Assembly: GCA_963813335.1 (NCBI GenBank)
Contig: CAWEYL010000001.1
Location: 384,001-448,000 of the forward strand
Direction of reading: 5' to 3'
DNA length: 64,000 bases
Origin: an uncultured Chloroflexia bacterium
GTDB taxonomy: Bacteria > Chloroflexota > Limnocylindria > Limnocylindrales > CSP1-4
The notes under the pieces were generated by a model, which worked only from the letters and a program-made list of their open reading frames with translations, did no database searches and had not been told where the DNA came from. The stretch's first letter is position 1. Each line of letters starts with the position of its first letter. Of this stretch, positions 1 through 12,042 are shown in pieces. Made by a program: the position numbers and the translations under genes.

Positions 1-1239
1 CTGTACCAGGTCGCGACGGGCGTCCTGTCGCCGGCCGAGATCGCCCAGCCGCTGCGCGCGATCCTGCGCAAGCGGCGCAACACGACGGTCATCCTCGGCG
101 AGGCCACGGGCATCGACCTCGAGCGGCGCCGGGTGGTCCTGTCCGACGGCGGGCCGATCGAGTACGACACCCTGATCGTCGCGACCGGCGCACGCCACTC
201 CTACTTCGACCATCCCGAATGGGCGATGCTCGCGCCGGGGCTCAAGACCATCGAGGACGCGACCGAGATCCGGCGCCGGATCCTCATCGCCTTCGAGGCC
301 GCCGAGCGGGAGGCCGATCCCGACCGCCGTCGCGAGTGGATGACGTTCGTGCTCGTCGGCGGCGGACCGACCGGGGTCGAGCTGGCCGGGGCGCTCGGCG
401 AGATCGCCCGCCAGTCGCTCCGGCACGACTTCCGATCGATCCATCCCGAGGACGCCCGGATCGTCCTCGTCGAGGCGATGGATCGCATCCTGCCGCCGTA
501 CCCGCCGGACCGCTCGGCCTCGGCGCAGCGCCAGCTCGAGCGGCTGGGCGTGACCGTGCGGACGTCGACCCGCGTCATCGACATCGACGAGCGGCAGGTG
601 CGCGTGGTCTCCGCCGCGGGTGAGGAATCGATCCCGACGCGGACCGTCCTCTGGGCGGCCGGCGTCACGGCCTCCACCTTCGCGCGGACCGTGGCGAAGG
701 CCGCCGGCGCGGAGACCGACCGTGCCGGCCGGGTGCTGGTCGGGCCGGACCTGACCCTGCCCGGCCATCCCGAGGTCTTCATCGTGGGCGACGCCGCGGT
801 GGAGCCGTGGCAGGAGGGCAAGCCCACGCCCGGCGTCGCCCAGGGCGCGATCCAGGGCGGCTCGTACGCGGCGAAGGTCATCCGGCGGCGCGTGCTCGGG
901 CGGCCACACGACCCCTTCCGCTACAGCGACCACGGCGACGTCGCCGTCATCGGTCGGCTGTCCGGTGTCACCAACATCGGATGGCTCGGCCCGTTCGGGC
1001 GGCAGGGCGGCTTCACCGCTTGGCTCCTCTGGCTGGGCATCCACATCACCTACCTGATCGGGTTCGCGAACCGGATCGTGGTGCTCGTCCGCTGGGGCTG
1101 GACGTTCCTCACCCACGGCCGGAGCACGCGCCTGATCACGGGCCAGGCGCTGCTGCCGCCGATCGAGGAGCCGGAGCCGCCGGCGCTGGCACCCCTCGAC
1201 GAGGAGACCGTGGCCGACCGGGACCTGGCCGGAGCCTAG
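1..1239 (+). CDS. ndh: Type II NADH dehydrogenase (5' truncated by window edge)
   Basis: Frame open from base 1 (LYQVATG); YDTLIVATGA, GLKTIEDA, VGGGPTGVELAG, LWAAGV, FIVGD motifs. Confidence 0.9.
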   Translation: MYQVATGVLSPAEIAQPLRAILRKRRNTTVILGEATGIDLERRRVVLSDGGPIEYDTLIVATGARHSYFDHPEWAMLAPGLKTIEDATEIRRRILIAFEAAEREADPDRRREWMTFVLVGGGPTGVELAGALGEIARQSLRHDFRSIHPEDARIVLVEAMDRILPPYPPDRSASAQRQLERLGVTVRTSTRVIDIDERQVRVVSAAGEESIPTRTVLWAAGVTASTFARTVAKAAGAETDRAGRVLVGPDLTLPGHPEVFIVGDAAVEPWQEGKPTPGVAQGAIQGGSYAAKVIRRRVLGRPHDPFRYSDHGDVAVIGRLSGVTNIGWLGPFGRQGGFTAWLLWLGIHITYLIGFANRIVVLVRWGWTFLTHGRSTRLITGQALLPPIEEPEPPALAPLDEETVADRDLAGA

Positions 1240-2591
1240 GCGCCCGGCAGCTCGATCCGGAACGTGGTGCCGGTCGACCCGGTGTGCTCGACCACGATCG
1301 TTCCCCGGTTCGCCGCGAGGAGCTCCCGCGCGATGGTGAGCCCGAGGCCGCTCCCGGTCGCGCCGGCCGGTCGCGGGATCGACGGCCCGGGCAGGGTCGG
1401 CGCGGTAGAAGCGCTCGAAGACGTGGGGGACGTCGTCCGGCGCGATCCCGGGGCCCTCGTCCGCGACACGGAGCGCGACCCTCGGGTCCTGGTCGTCGAC
1501 GACCGGTCCGATCTGGCCGGCTGAGACGGTGACGCGACCGCCCGCCGGGCTGTGCGCGATCGCGTTGCCGATGACGTTGCGCAGGACGCGCGACAGGTGA
1601 CCGGGGTCGACGGTGCCGCGCAGGCCGGCCGGGACCGCGACCACGAGCGCGACCCCGCGCTCGCGGCGGAGCCCGTCGAGCTCCATCTCGACGTCGTGGA
1701 CCGCCGCGTCGAGGTCGACCGCCGTCGGCTGCGCCTGGAGCGGCGCGGCCTCCGCGCTGGCGAGGTCGTTCAGCTCCGCCACGACGCTGCCGAGCGCCGA
1801 GGCGGCCGAGCGCGCGGCCTCGAGGTTCTCGCGGTCGGCCGGCACGACGCCATCGACCATCGCCTGGAGCTGCGACTCGAGGACGGTGGCCGGCGTCGCC
1901 AGGTCGTGCGCGATATCGCTGGCTGCCCGGCGCCGGAGCATCTCGGACCGGCTCGAGCCGGTCCGCCATGGTGTTGAACGCGGTCGCCAGCTCGGCGGAT
2001 TCGCGGTCGCCGCCGCCGGTGGCGCGGGCATCCGGATCGCCCGCCCCGAGCCGCCGGGCGGCGTCGGTCACATCGCGCACCGGGCGGGTGAGCCGGTCCG
2101 CGACGATGGCCGACGCCAGCGCGATGCCGATCACGCTGAGGACGCCGCCGAGGATCAGCGCGGCGTTGAACAGCGGCAGGAACCCGCGGTCGCTGACACG
2201 CGCCGGCAGGTCGGCCTCCAGCGTCCCGAGCGCGCTCCCGTCCGCCGCTTCGATCGGCGAGGTGAAATGGACGACGTCGCCCTCGGGCGCCTTGCCGAAC
2301 GCGTACGAGGGTCGTGCCGTCGGGGCTCACGACACGGACCTCGCCACCCAGGTTCGTCGCGAGCCGGCGGACCACCGCCTGGGCGCGGACGGGGCGGTCG
2401 AGCCGGTCGGAGAGGTTGGACGCCGCGTCGTCGAGGCGCTGCTGCTGCTGATCCTCCAGGACGGTCTGGAACCCGTTGCTGACCACGCGGTTGACGACGA
2501 GCCCGGTGATGAGGAGGACGCCGAGCACGATCGCCCCGAGGATGAGCCCGAGCCGCGCCCCGAGCGACAGGCGGCGCGAGGCCCCGGTCAT
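1236..2591 (-). CDS. HAMP sensor histidine kinase (frameshifted)
   Basis: Two TM segments, HAMP (ELATAFNTMADRL), H-box AHDLATP, G2 box GSGLGLTIARE; pieces lie in different frames. Confidence 0.85.
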
Positions 2592-3326
2592 GCCTCGTCC
2601 CGCGTCGCGACCAGCCGATAGCCGACCTGCGGGATCGTCTCGATCAGCCACGGGTCGGCGGCATCGTCCCCGAGCTTGCGCCGCAGGTTCGCGACGTGGA
2701 CGTCGACCACGCGGTCGTAGACGTCGTCGGGGCGACGCGTGACCGCGTCGAGCAGCTGCTCGCGCGACAGGACCGCGCCGGGATCGCGCGCGAGCGCGCA
2801 GAGCAGGCCGATCTCGCCCGGCGTGAGCCGGCCGGTCGAGCGGGCCGTCGGCGGAACTGAGCGTGAAGCGCCGGGTGACCTGGTCGACGGTCACCCGCCC
2901 ACCGGCCAGCGACAGCGCCCCGGGCGTCGTCGGGCCGGCGCCAGACCGGCTGGTCCGCCGCAGGATCGCGGCGACCCGGGCCGTCAGCTCGTGCGGGTTG
3001 AAGGGCTTGGCGAGGTAGTCGTCGGCGCCCATCCGCAGGCCGGCGATGCGCTCGGCGTCGGAGCGCTTCGCCGAGGCGATCAGCACGGGGATGTCCGTCG
3101 AGGCCCGGATGGCCTCGAGGACGGCCTCGCCGCCGAGGCCGGGCAGCATCAGGTCGAGCACGACGAGGTCGATGGGCGCGTCGTCGCTCGCGTCGACCGC
3201 CTCGATCGCGGCTCGGCCATCGCCGACCACGGTCACGGCATGGCCGTCGCGCTCGAGGTAGAGCCGCAGCAGGTCGCGCAGGCGCGGCTCGTCCTCGACG
3301 ACCAGGATATGGGCACGTGCCGGCAT
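2588..3326 (-). CDS. OmpR-family response regulator (frameshifted)
   Basis: ILVVEDE, LDLMLP, GADDYLAKPF, C-terminal DVHVANLRRKL; ATGA overlap with the kinase. Confidence 0.9.
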
Positions 3327-3465
3327 GGGCGGCATCCTAGCGGGGCGGCTGTTCAGGAGTCGTGAAGACCGGCCCGGGTCTCCACACACGTTCTTGATGG
3401 CCGGGTCCGAACCTGTGGCCACGGCACGACCGATCCAGGGTCGTGCGTCGCAGGGGACCACACGA

Positions 3466-4158
3466 ATGTCCAAGCTCCGTCTCGCCGGCTTCTCCGGCGC
3501 CCTGGTCGTCGCCGCGATCGTCGGCGGGACCGTCATCAACGCGGTGTCCGCCGCGCCGGGCCACGGTCCCGCCGGACCCGCCACCGTGCCGGCGGCCGCA
3601 CCGACCGCGCCCACGACCGGCGCTTCCGCCGAGTACTGCGCGACGTTCCGGGCCGCGTTCGCCAAGGAGCTCGGCGTCACCGAGGATGCGTTGCAGACCG
3701 CCGCGAAGAACGCCCTCGCCGCCACCATCGACAAGGCCGTCGCCGACGGCGACCTGACCAAGGCGGCCGCCGACCGGCTCAAGGCACGAGTGGCCGCCGC
3801 CCCGGCCGACGGCTGCAAGCTCCTCGCCGGCTACCAGCAGCGGATCGCCAAGGCGGCCCGCGGCGCGCTCGGCGTCATCCGCGACGGCTTCGAGGCCGGC
3901 GCCAAGGCCCTTGGCATGCCCGCGGCCGACGTCCGGGCCGCGCTCAAGGACGGCAAGACCCTCAAGGACCTCGCCACGACCCAGAAGGTCGACTACTCGA
4001 CGGTCAGCGCCGCGATCGTCGCCGCGGTGAAGGCGGACCTCGACAAGGCGGTCGCCGATGGGACCATCAAGCAGGCCCGCGAGGACCGGGTCCTCGACCG
4101 CCTGACCAAGGCGCTCGCGGACGGGCGCCTGCGGCCGGCCGCCACGCCGGCCGGCTGA
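3466..4158 (+). CDS. Secreted helical hypothetical protein, divergent from the two-component genes
   Basis: Signal peptide; repeated IDKAVADGDLT/LDKAVADGTIK motif; strong GC3 bias. Confidence 0.75.
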   Translation: MSKLRLAGFSGALVVAAIVGGTVINAVSAAPGHGPAGPATVPAAAPTAPTTGASAEYCATFRAAFAKELGVTEDALQTAAKNALAATIDKAVADGDLTKAAADRLKARVAAAPADGCKLLAGYQQRIAKAARGALGVIRDGFEAGAKALGMPAADVRAALKDGKTLKDLATTQKVDYSTVSAAIVAAVKADLDKAVADGTIKQAREDRVLDRLTKALADGRLRPAATPAG

Positions 4159-4174
4159 CCGGCGACCGCACCAG

Positions 4175-4208
4175 ACCGGGGCCGTCGGCACCATTCGACG
4201 GTCCCGGT
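4175..4208 (+). terminator. GC-rich hairpin, possible terminator
   Basis: ACCGGGGCCGTCG-loop-CGACGGTCCCGGT just after the stop; no long U tract. Confidence 0.45.
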
Positions 4209-4355
4209 TACGCTACGCACCGGTTCCTCGTCCTATTCCGTTGACCGCCGACCGTCCCCTCATCGATGGTACGGAAGTCCTGGCCGCTCGGCCGGGACGC
4301 GGATCGGGGTCGGGGCCCCGATCATCCCTCATCCTCCCTGCCTGCGACGAGACCG

Positions 4356-7300
4356 ATGACCTCCGCCAGACGCCACCTCAGCGCGGTCGCCGCGCTCGCG
4401 CTCACCGCGATGCTGCTGCCGCTCAGCGCGAGCACGGTCGCAGCCGAGTCCGGGGCGACCGTCCCGTCCGGGTTCCGCGACGAGCTCGTGTGGGGCGAGC
4501 CTGCCCGATCATCCGATGGTGGTGTCCTTCGCCCCCAGCGGAAAGGTCTTCGTGGCCCTCAAGGGCGGGGTCATCAACGAGTACGACAGCCTGACCGACG
4601 CCACGGCGACCCAGCTCGTGAACCTGGCGCCCGAGGTCGACAACTACTGGGACCGCGGCCTCATGGGGATGGTCGTGGACCCGCAGTTCCCGACCCGCCC
4701 GTATGTCTACGCCCTGTACGCGTACGACCACCAGCTGGGCGATCCGCCCGGTGCGAAGTGGGGCGACGCCTGCCCGACGCCGAACCCTGGCGGCAACACC
4801 GACGGCTGCATGATCTCGGGCAAGCTCGTCCGGCTGACGACGAACTCGGCCGGGACGTCGGTCAGCAGCACCAAGACCCTGATCGAGGACTGGTGCCAGC
4901 AGTACCCCAGCCATTCGCTCGGCAGCCTGGCCTTCGGTCCGGAGGGCGCGCTGTACGTCACCTCCGGCGACGGCGCCAGCTTCAACGGACCGGACACCGG
5001 CGACGAGGGCGGCTCCTTCGGCGGCTCGTCGATCACGCCGGTCAACCCGTGCGGCGACCCGACGAACGAGGGCGGCGCCCTGCGCTCGCAGGACATCCGC
5101 ACGACCGGCGACCCCCTGGGCCTCGACGGGACGGTCCTGCGCATCGACCCGGACACCGGGCGCCGCCTGGCCGGACAACGCGAACTTCGGGAGCGGCAGC
5201 GCCAACGCCCAGAAGGTCATCGCCTACGGCCTGCGCAATCCCTTCCGGATGACGATGCGCCCGAACGGCAAGGTCTGGCTCGGCGACGTGGGGTTCACGA
5301 ACTGGGAGGAGATCGACACCATCCCGGACGCCAGACGCGGCGCCGCGCAACTTCGGCTGGCCGTGCCGGGAGGGCAACGTCGCCACGCCGCAGTACGCCG
5401 GCCTGGACATCCCGCTCTGCACCAGCCCGCCGGCGCTCGCCGGCCCGGCCTACACGTACAACCACGCCGACACCGTCACCAACGACGACTGCGGGACCGG
5501 CAGCTCGTCGATCTCGGGCATCGCCTTCCGCACGACCGCGGGCAACTACCCGAGCAAGTACGACAACGGCCTGTTCTTCGCCGACTACACGCGCCGCTGC
5601 ATCTGGTTCGCCCCGGCCTCGAGCGGGACCGCGAACCCGGACTTCACGTCGATCGAGCAGTTCGCCAACCTGCGCCGGTCGAGCGACACCAGCGGCGGCG
5701 CGGTCTACGTCGGCGTGACTCCGGCCGGCGACGTCATCTACGCCGACTACGACCGCCAGGAGATCCGGGCGATCCACTACAACGCCGCGCTGCCGCCCAA
5801 CGCCGCGTTCACCGCGACCCCCACGTCCGGCCCGGCTCCGCTCGACGTCGACTTCGACGCCAGCGCGTCCAACGACCCGAACGGCGACCCCATGACGTTC
5901 GACTGGGACTGGAACAACGACGGCGTGTACGACGACAGCGGCGTGACCCAATCGCACACGTTCACGACCCTCGGCAACGTCACGGTCCGCCTGCGGGTGA
6001 CCGCGGGCGGCGAGTCACGACACCGCCTCCCGGGTCATCAACGTGGGGAACACGCCACCCACGCCGACGATCTCCACCCCGGCGTCCTCGCTGACCTGGA
6101 GCGTCGGCCAGTCGATCTCGTTCTCCGGGACCGCGAACCGACACCCAGGATGGGACGTTGGCCGCCTCGAAGTTCACGTGGACCCTCGCCGTCGAGCACT
6201 GCCCGTCGAACTGCCACGAGCACATCATCCAGACGTTCACGGGGGTCAAGAGCGGGACGTTCGGCGCCCCCGACCATGATTACCCGTCGTACATCCGGCT
6301 CTACCTCAAGGTCACCGACAGCGGCGGCCTGAGCACGACCGTCTCGCGCGACCTCCAGCCCAAGACCAGCACGATCGACGCCGTGTCGGTGCCGGCCGGG
6401 GTCACCCTCGGGATCAACGGCAACACCGGCGACCCGCCGCCGACCGGCACGGGCATCGTCGGGTCGCACCTGACGGTCACGGCACCGTCGTCGGTGAGCT
6501 TCGGCGGCGAGGACGTCTACTCGTTCAGCAAGTGGTCCGACGGTGGTGCCCGCAACCACGCGGCCAAGATCAACCTCGCGCCGACGACGCTGACGGCCAC
6601 CTACAAGAAGACCTCCGGTGACGCCTCGGGCACCTGCAGCGGCGCGACGACGGTCAGCACGTCCGGGGCGTGGCGGACCGGCCTGCTGACCACGGATACC
6701 GACGTCGACTGGTACAAGTTCTCGCTGACGTCGTCGGCCACGATGCGGATCATCCTCGGCAACCTGCCGGAGGACGCCAGCCTGAGCCTGTACAGCGGCT
6801 GCTCCAAGCTGCTGGTCACGTCCGACCGCGGGGGTACGCAACACCGAGGAGATCTTCAAGAGCCTCGCCAAGGGCAGCTACTCGATCAAGGTGACGACCA
6901 AGGGCACCGCGTCGACGGACCCGTACTCGCTGAACATCCGCAAGATGGCCTCCGGCCTGAGCGTCGTGACCAGCTCGTCGCGCGTCGACGGTTCGTCGCT
7001 GATCACCGTCGGCGAGGTCTACAACGGCACCTCGGGCGCGCAGGGGCCATCGGTGATCACGGCCAAGCTCTACAACGCCGCCGGCAAGCTCCTCGCGACG
7101 CGCACGGGCCGGACCGACATGTCCGTCCCGAAGGGCGCGCGGATCCCGTTCCGGATCGTCGGCAGCGTGCCGGCCGGCTGGGCCAAGACCGTGGTCACGG
7201 TCGCTGGCGTGGCCACCAGCCAGACGCTGGTCAACCTGACGTTCTCGGGCGTCACCATGGGCTACGACACGTCGCGCCTCCGGGTGACCGGCACCGTGCG

Positions 7301-7496
7301 CTCGAGCGTGGCGGTGAGCTCCTACCGGGTGATGATGACCACCTACAACCGCGTCGGGACGGTGGTCGACGTGGCCCGTGCGGCCCTTGGCGCCAGCACG
7401 CTGGCGGCCGGTGCGTCGACGACCTTCGACGCCTGGTCGAGCTACGACGGCACGGTCGACCGGGCGACGCTGAAGTCGGTGGGGATCAAGAAGTAA
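4356..7496 (+). CDS. Secreted PQQ-dependent (glucose/sorbosone) dehydrogenase-like propeller with PKD, PPC-like and FxLYD-like domains (several frameshifts)
   Basis: Signal peptide; DRGLMGM, SHSLGSLAFGPEGALYVTSGDG, AYGLRNPFR; PKD FDASASNDPNGD; DVDWYKF; VGEVYN..AKLYNAAGKLL. Confidence 0.8.
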
Positions 7497-8607
7497 CCAC
7501 CTGGCGGAGGCCGTCACCGGCGCGCAGCCGCTCGAAGCCCGCTTCCAGCTCGTCGAGGCCGATGCGCCGATCGATGATCCGGTCCACCGGCAGCCAGCCG
7601 TCGAGGTGCAGCTGCGCGTAGCGCGGCAGGTCGACCGCCGGGTCGGCGAACCCGTAGTTCGATCCCAGGATCCGCCGACTGCCGTCCACGAACGGGTAGA
7701 CCGCGAAGGACGCCCGCGCGTCGACCGGGGTCATGCCGACCAGGACCGCCGTGCCGCCCAGCGGCAGGCTCTCGATGGCCAGTTCGACCGTCTCGACCCG
7801 GCCGATGGCCTCGAAGACGAAGTCCGGGCCGCCGTCCGTCAGCTCGCGCAGCGCGGCGACGGTCGCGGCCGTGTCGGAAGCGGCGAGGATGGCGTCCGTC
7901 GCCCCGATCCCGCGTGCCGTGTCCAGCTTGGCGGCGACCCGGTCGATCGCCACGATCCGGGAGGCGCCGGCCAGCACCGCGCCCATGACGCACGACAGCC
8001 CCACGCCGCCGAGCCCGACGACGGCGACGCTCGCCCCGCGCGGGACCTCGGCCGTCTTCTGGACCGCCCCGACCCCGGTCGTCACGCAGCAGCCGATCAG
8101 GGCCGCGACGGCCGGGTCGATGCCGTCCGGGATCGGGATGGCGGCCTCGCGCGGCACGACCGTCGCCTCGGCCATGGTCGCGATCCCGCAGTAGCTCAGG
8201 ACCTCGCGGTCGTCCGCGTCGCGCACGACCGTCGCGCCGTCGAGCATCCGGTGCCGGAAGGACGGGGAGTCCGGGCAGGCCCACGGCCGGCCCGCCCGAC
8301 AGGCGCGGCAGACGCCGCACGGGATCAGCCAGGACAGGGCGACCGGCTGGCCCACGTGCCGGTCGGTGACCCCGGGTCCCACGGCCTCGATGATCCCGGC
8401 GCCCTCGTGCCCCATCACCACGGGGAGCGGCCGCGGCCAGTCGCCGTCGCGGACGTGCAGGTCGGAATGGCAGACACCGGACGCGAGGATCCGGACCCGG
8501 ACCTCGCCGGCGCGCGGCGCGGCCAGGACCAGCGGCTCGATCCGGGCGGGCGTGCCGCCCTCGCGCAGCACCGCGCCGCGGATCCCGATCGGCGCGGCCG
8601 CGGCCAT
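7486..8607 (-). CDS. Zinc-dependent alcohol dehydrogenase
   Basis: GVCHSDLH, GHEGAG, CGVCRAC..C, GLGGVG. Confidence 0.9.
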   Translation of the reverse strand: MAAAAPIGIRGAVLREGGTPARIEPLVLAAPRAGEVRVRILASGVCHSDLHVRDGDWPRPLPVVMGHEGAGIIEAVGPGVTDRHVGQPVALSWLIPCGVCRACRAGRPWACPDSPSFRHRMLDGATVVRDADDREVLSYCGIATMAEATVVPREAAIPIPDGIDPAVAALIGCCVTTGVGAVQKTAEVPRGASVAVVGLGGVGLSCVMGAVLAGASRIVAIDRVAAKLDTARGIGATDAILAASDTAATVAALRELTDGGPDFVFEAIGRVETVELAIESLPLGGTAVLVGMTPVDARASFAVYPFVDGSRRILGSNYGFADPAVDLPRYAQLHLDGWLPVDRIIDRRIGLDELEAGFERLRAGDGLRQVVTS

Positions 8608-10340
8608 CAGATCTCCGTCTCGCGGCGGCGCTCCGCGAGCCTGGCCGGCGCGTAGGGGACGTAGTCCGGCCACCACATCGCCCCGTCGACGGCGGCGGCC
8701 AGCGTGTCGTGGTCGGGCGTCGCGATCCCGGCCAGCCCGGCGCGCACCGCCTCCGCGGCGACCACGTGCGCGATCGAGCGCGACACGTCGCGCAGGGCCT
8801 CGACCGGCGGGTAGAGGGCTCCGCGCTCGAGCCGGTCGGCCGTGACCGCGTCGGCCAGCGTCCGCGCGGCCAGCAGGAACATCCGCTGGGTGATGCGCCC
8901 CGCCTCCGCCACGATCGCCCCGAGGCCGACGCCCGGGAAGATGAACACGTTGTTCGCCTGCCCGATCTCATGCCGCCGTCCGTCGCGCTCCACCGCGTCG
9001 AACGGCGAGCCGGTCGCGATGATCGCGCGGCCGTCGGTCCAGTCGAGGATGTCGCGCGGCACCGCCTCCGCGGCCGAGGTCGGGTTCGACAGCGGCAGGA
9101 CGATCGGTCGCGGTGTGCCCTCGGCCATCGCGCGGAGCGCGGCTTCGGTGAACGCGCCGGCGACCCCGGTCGTGCCGACCAGCACGGTCGGGCGCAGCCG
9201 CCGGATCGTGCCGACCAGGTCCGTCGGCCCGGCATCCGGGCCGGGCGCGGGCACCGCCAGCACGCGCTTCATCTCGTCGAGGTCGTCGCGGCCCTCGTGG
9301 ACGAGGCCGTGCGTGTCGACAGCCGCGATCGCCCGCGCCGCGTCGGCCGGCGACAGCCCGGCCTCGAGCATCGCCAGGCGGAGCAGCCGGTAGATGCCGA
9401 TCCCCGCCGCGCCCGCGCCGACCAGCACGATCCGGGCGTCCGCGAGGGCGCTGCCCGTCGCGCGCAGCCCCGCCAGCACGCCCGCCACGACGACCGCCGC
9501 CGTCCCCTGGATGTCGTCGTTGAACGACGGCACGCGCTCCGCGTAGCGGTCGAGCAGCCGCAGCGCGTTGGTCTGCTTGAAGTCCTCGAACTGGATGATG
9601 CAGCCGGGCCAGACGTGCTCGACCCCGGTGACGAACGCCTCCACGAGCGCGTCGTATTCCGCGCCGCGCAGGCGCGGCGCCCGGTGTCCGAGGTAGAGCG
9701 GGTCCGCGAGGAGGGCCGGGTTGTCCGTCCCGACGTCGAGGGACACCGGGAGCGTCAGCGCCGGATGGATGCCGCAGGCCGCCGTGTACAGGGCGAGCTT
9801 GCCGATCGGGATCGCCATGCCGCCGGCGCCCTGGTCGCCGAGGCCCAGGATGCGCTCGTTGTCGGTGACGACGATGAGCCGGACATCCTCGTACGGGCCC
9901 TGGCGGAGCATGTCCGGGATGCGGTCGACATCCGCCGGCGTGATCCAGGTGCCGCGCGTGCGGCGGATGATGTGGCTGTACTCCTGGCAGGCCCGTCCGA
10001 CGGTGGGCGTGTAGACGATCGGCAGGAACTCGTGGAGGTGCTCGGCGAGCAGCCGGTAGAAGAGCGTCGCGTTGCGGTCCTGCAGCGCGGCGAGCCCGAT
10101 GTAGCGCTCGAGCGCGTCGTCCTTGCGCCGGAGGTGCTCGAGCTCGAGCTCCATCTGCTCCTCGATGGTCAGCACGCGGTCCGGGAGCAGTCCGTGCAGG
10201 CGGAAGGCGTCCCGCTCCTCGTGCGGGAAGGCGAGGTCCTTGGTCAGGAGGCGGCTCCCGAGCAGCGCCGGCCCGGCGAGCCGGATGGCGGCGGGACGGC
10301 CGGCGGCGATGTCGTCGTACGGATCGGGCAGTCGGCGCAT
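8607..10340 (-). CDS. maeA: NAD-dependent malic enzyme
   Basis: PIVYTPTVG, ERILGLGDQG, QFEDF, FNDDIQGT, GAGAAG, LSNPTS, GQANN. Confidence 0.93.
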   Translation of the reverse strand: MRRLPDPYDDIAAGRPAAIRLAGPALLGSRLLTKDLAFPHEERDAFRLHGLLPDRVLTIEEQMELELEHLRRKDDALERYIGLAALQDRNATLFYRLLAEHLHEFLPIVYTPTVGRACQEYSHIIRRTRGTWITPADVDRIPDMLRQGPYEDVRLIVVTDNERILGLGDQGAGGMAIPIGKLALYTAACGIHPALTLPVSLDVGTDNPALLADPLYLGHRAPRLRGAEYDALVEAFVTGVEHVWPGCIIQFEDFKQTNALRLLDRYAERVPSFNDDIQGTAAVVVAGVLAGLRATGSALADARIVLVGAGAAGIGIYRLLRLAMLEAGLSPADAARAIAAVDTHGLVHEGRDDLDEMKRVLAVPAPGPDAGPTDLVGTIRRLRPTVLVGTTGVAGAFTEAALRAMAEGTPRPIVLPLSNPTSAAEAVPRDILDWTDGRAIIATGSPFDAVERDGRRHEIGQANNVFIFPGVGLGAIVAEAGRITQRMFLLAARTLADAVTADRLERGALYPPVEALRDVSRSIAHVVAAEAVRAGLAGIATPDHDTLAAAVDGAMWWPDYVPYAPARLAERRRETEI

Positions 10341-10421
10341 CCCCTCGAGGATAGCGGTCCCGGTCGCCGCTAGCCCCATCGCGGGGTGGCCATCCGCGCC
10401 CGTCCCGGGCATCCTGTGGGC

Positions 10422-12042
10422 ATGCATCCCCGACCCGCCGCCCTTGTGTTGGCCGTCCCGCTGCTGCTCGCGACCATCCTGACGGCCGCCGGAGCGACCG
10501 ATCCGGCCCCCGCGAACGCCGCCTTCCCGGCCAAGGACAGCCGCTACCACGACTACGCCGAGATGGTCGCCACGATCCAGGCGGCGCAGGCCGCGCACCC
10601 CGACATCGTGCAGGTGCAGTCGATCGGCAAGAGCTACCAGGGCCGGGATATCTGGGCGGTCAAGGTCTCGGACAACGTGGCCGTCGACGAGCTCGAGCCC
10701 GAGGTCCTGTTCGACGGGCTCCATCACGCCCGCGAGCACCTCTCGCGTCGAGCAGACCCTGGCCATCCTCGGCTGGCTGACCGACGGCTACGGCACCGAC
10801 GCGGCCATCACCCGCCTGGTGAACCAGCGCGAGATCTGGCTCGTGCCGATGGTCAACCCGGACGGCGGCGAGTACGACATCGCCGGGACCACGTACCGGG
10901 CGTGGCGCAAGAACCGCCAGCCCAACAGCGGGACGACGGCGATCGGCACCGACATCAACCGCAACTACGGCTACCACTGGGCGTGCTGCCACGGCTCGTC
11001 GGCCACGAAGTCGTCCGCGACCTACCACGGCTCGGCGGCCTTCTCGACGCCGGAGGCGCGTGTGCTGCGCGACTTCATGGCTCAGCCGCCGCGTGGACGG
11101 ACAGCAGCAGATCAAGGCGGCCATCACGTTCCACACCGCGGGCGAGCAGGTGCTCTGGCCGTATGGCTACACGAAGACCGACGTGCCGGCCGACATGACC
11201 GCGCGCCGACCACGCGGCGCTGGTGGCCATCGGCAAGCACATGGCCGCGACGAACGGCTACACGCCGATGCAGTCGAGCTCGCTGTACGTCACCGACGGC
11301 GACGAGATCGACTGGGCGTACGGCACGCAGCGGATCTGGATGTACACGTTCGAGCTGTACCCGTCGCACAGCAAGGTCAGCGGGAACGCCCGCTTCTACC
11401 CCGCCGGACGAGCTGATCGCCGCGGGAGACCGACCCGGAACAAGGCCGCGATCCTGTACCTCATCGACCACGCCGGCTGCCTCTACGCGGTGATCGGCCT
11501 GACCCAGGCGAACTGCGGGCCGTTCTTCGACGACTTCGAGATCGCCCGCGGCTGGACCGTCGAACCCGCTCGGGACGGACACCGCGACGTCCGGGGCCTG
11601 GCAGCGCGGGACCCCGCAGGCGACGGCGCGGCAGACCGGCACGGCGATCTCCGGCGTCGCGCGTCATCGCCACGGGGCCGGCGGCCGGCTCGAGCGTCGA
11701 TGCGAACGACCTCGACGGCATCACCAGCATCCGCTCGGCGCTGATCAACGCTGCCGGCGACGCTCGGCAAGCTGACGTTCCGCTACTACCTCGCCCACAG
11801 CTCGAACTCGTCGCCGCAGGACTACTTCCGGGCCTGGGTCGAGCGCGAGGACGGGACCCGCACGCTCGTCCGTCAGGAGCTCGGAGCCGCCAACCTCGAC
11901 AACCCGCACTGGACCGCGATCAGCGTGCCGTTGACCCCGTGGGCCGGCGAGACGGGTCCGGATCGTCTTCGAGGCGGGCGACGTCGGCGCGTCGAGCACG
12001 GTCGAGGCGGCCGTGGACGACGTGCGGGTCACTCGCCCGTAA
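10422..12042 (+). CDS. Secreted M14 zinc carboxypeptidase (carboxypeptidase T-like) with C-terminal beta-sandwich domain (frameshifted)
   Basis: Signal peptide; GKSYQGR, HHAREH, NPDG, WRKNR, DINRNY, FHT, TFELYP. Confidence 0.85.
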
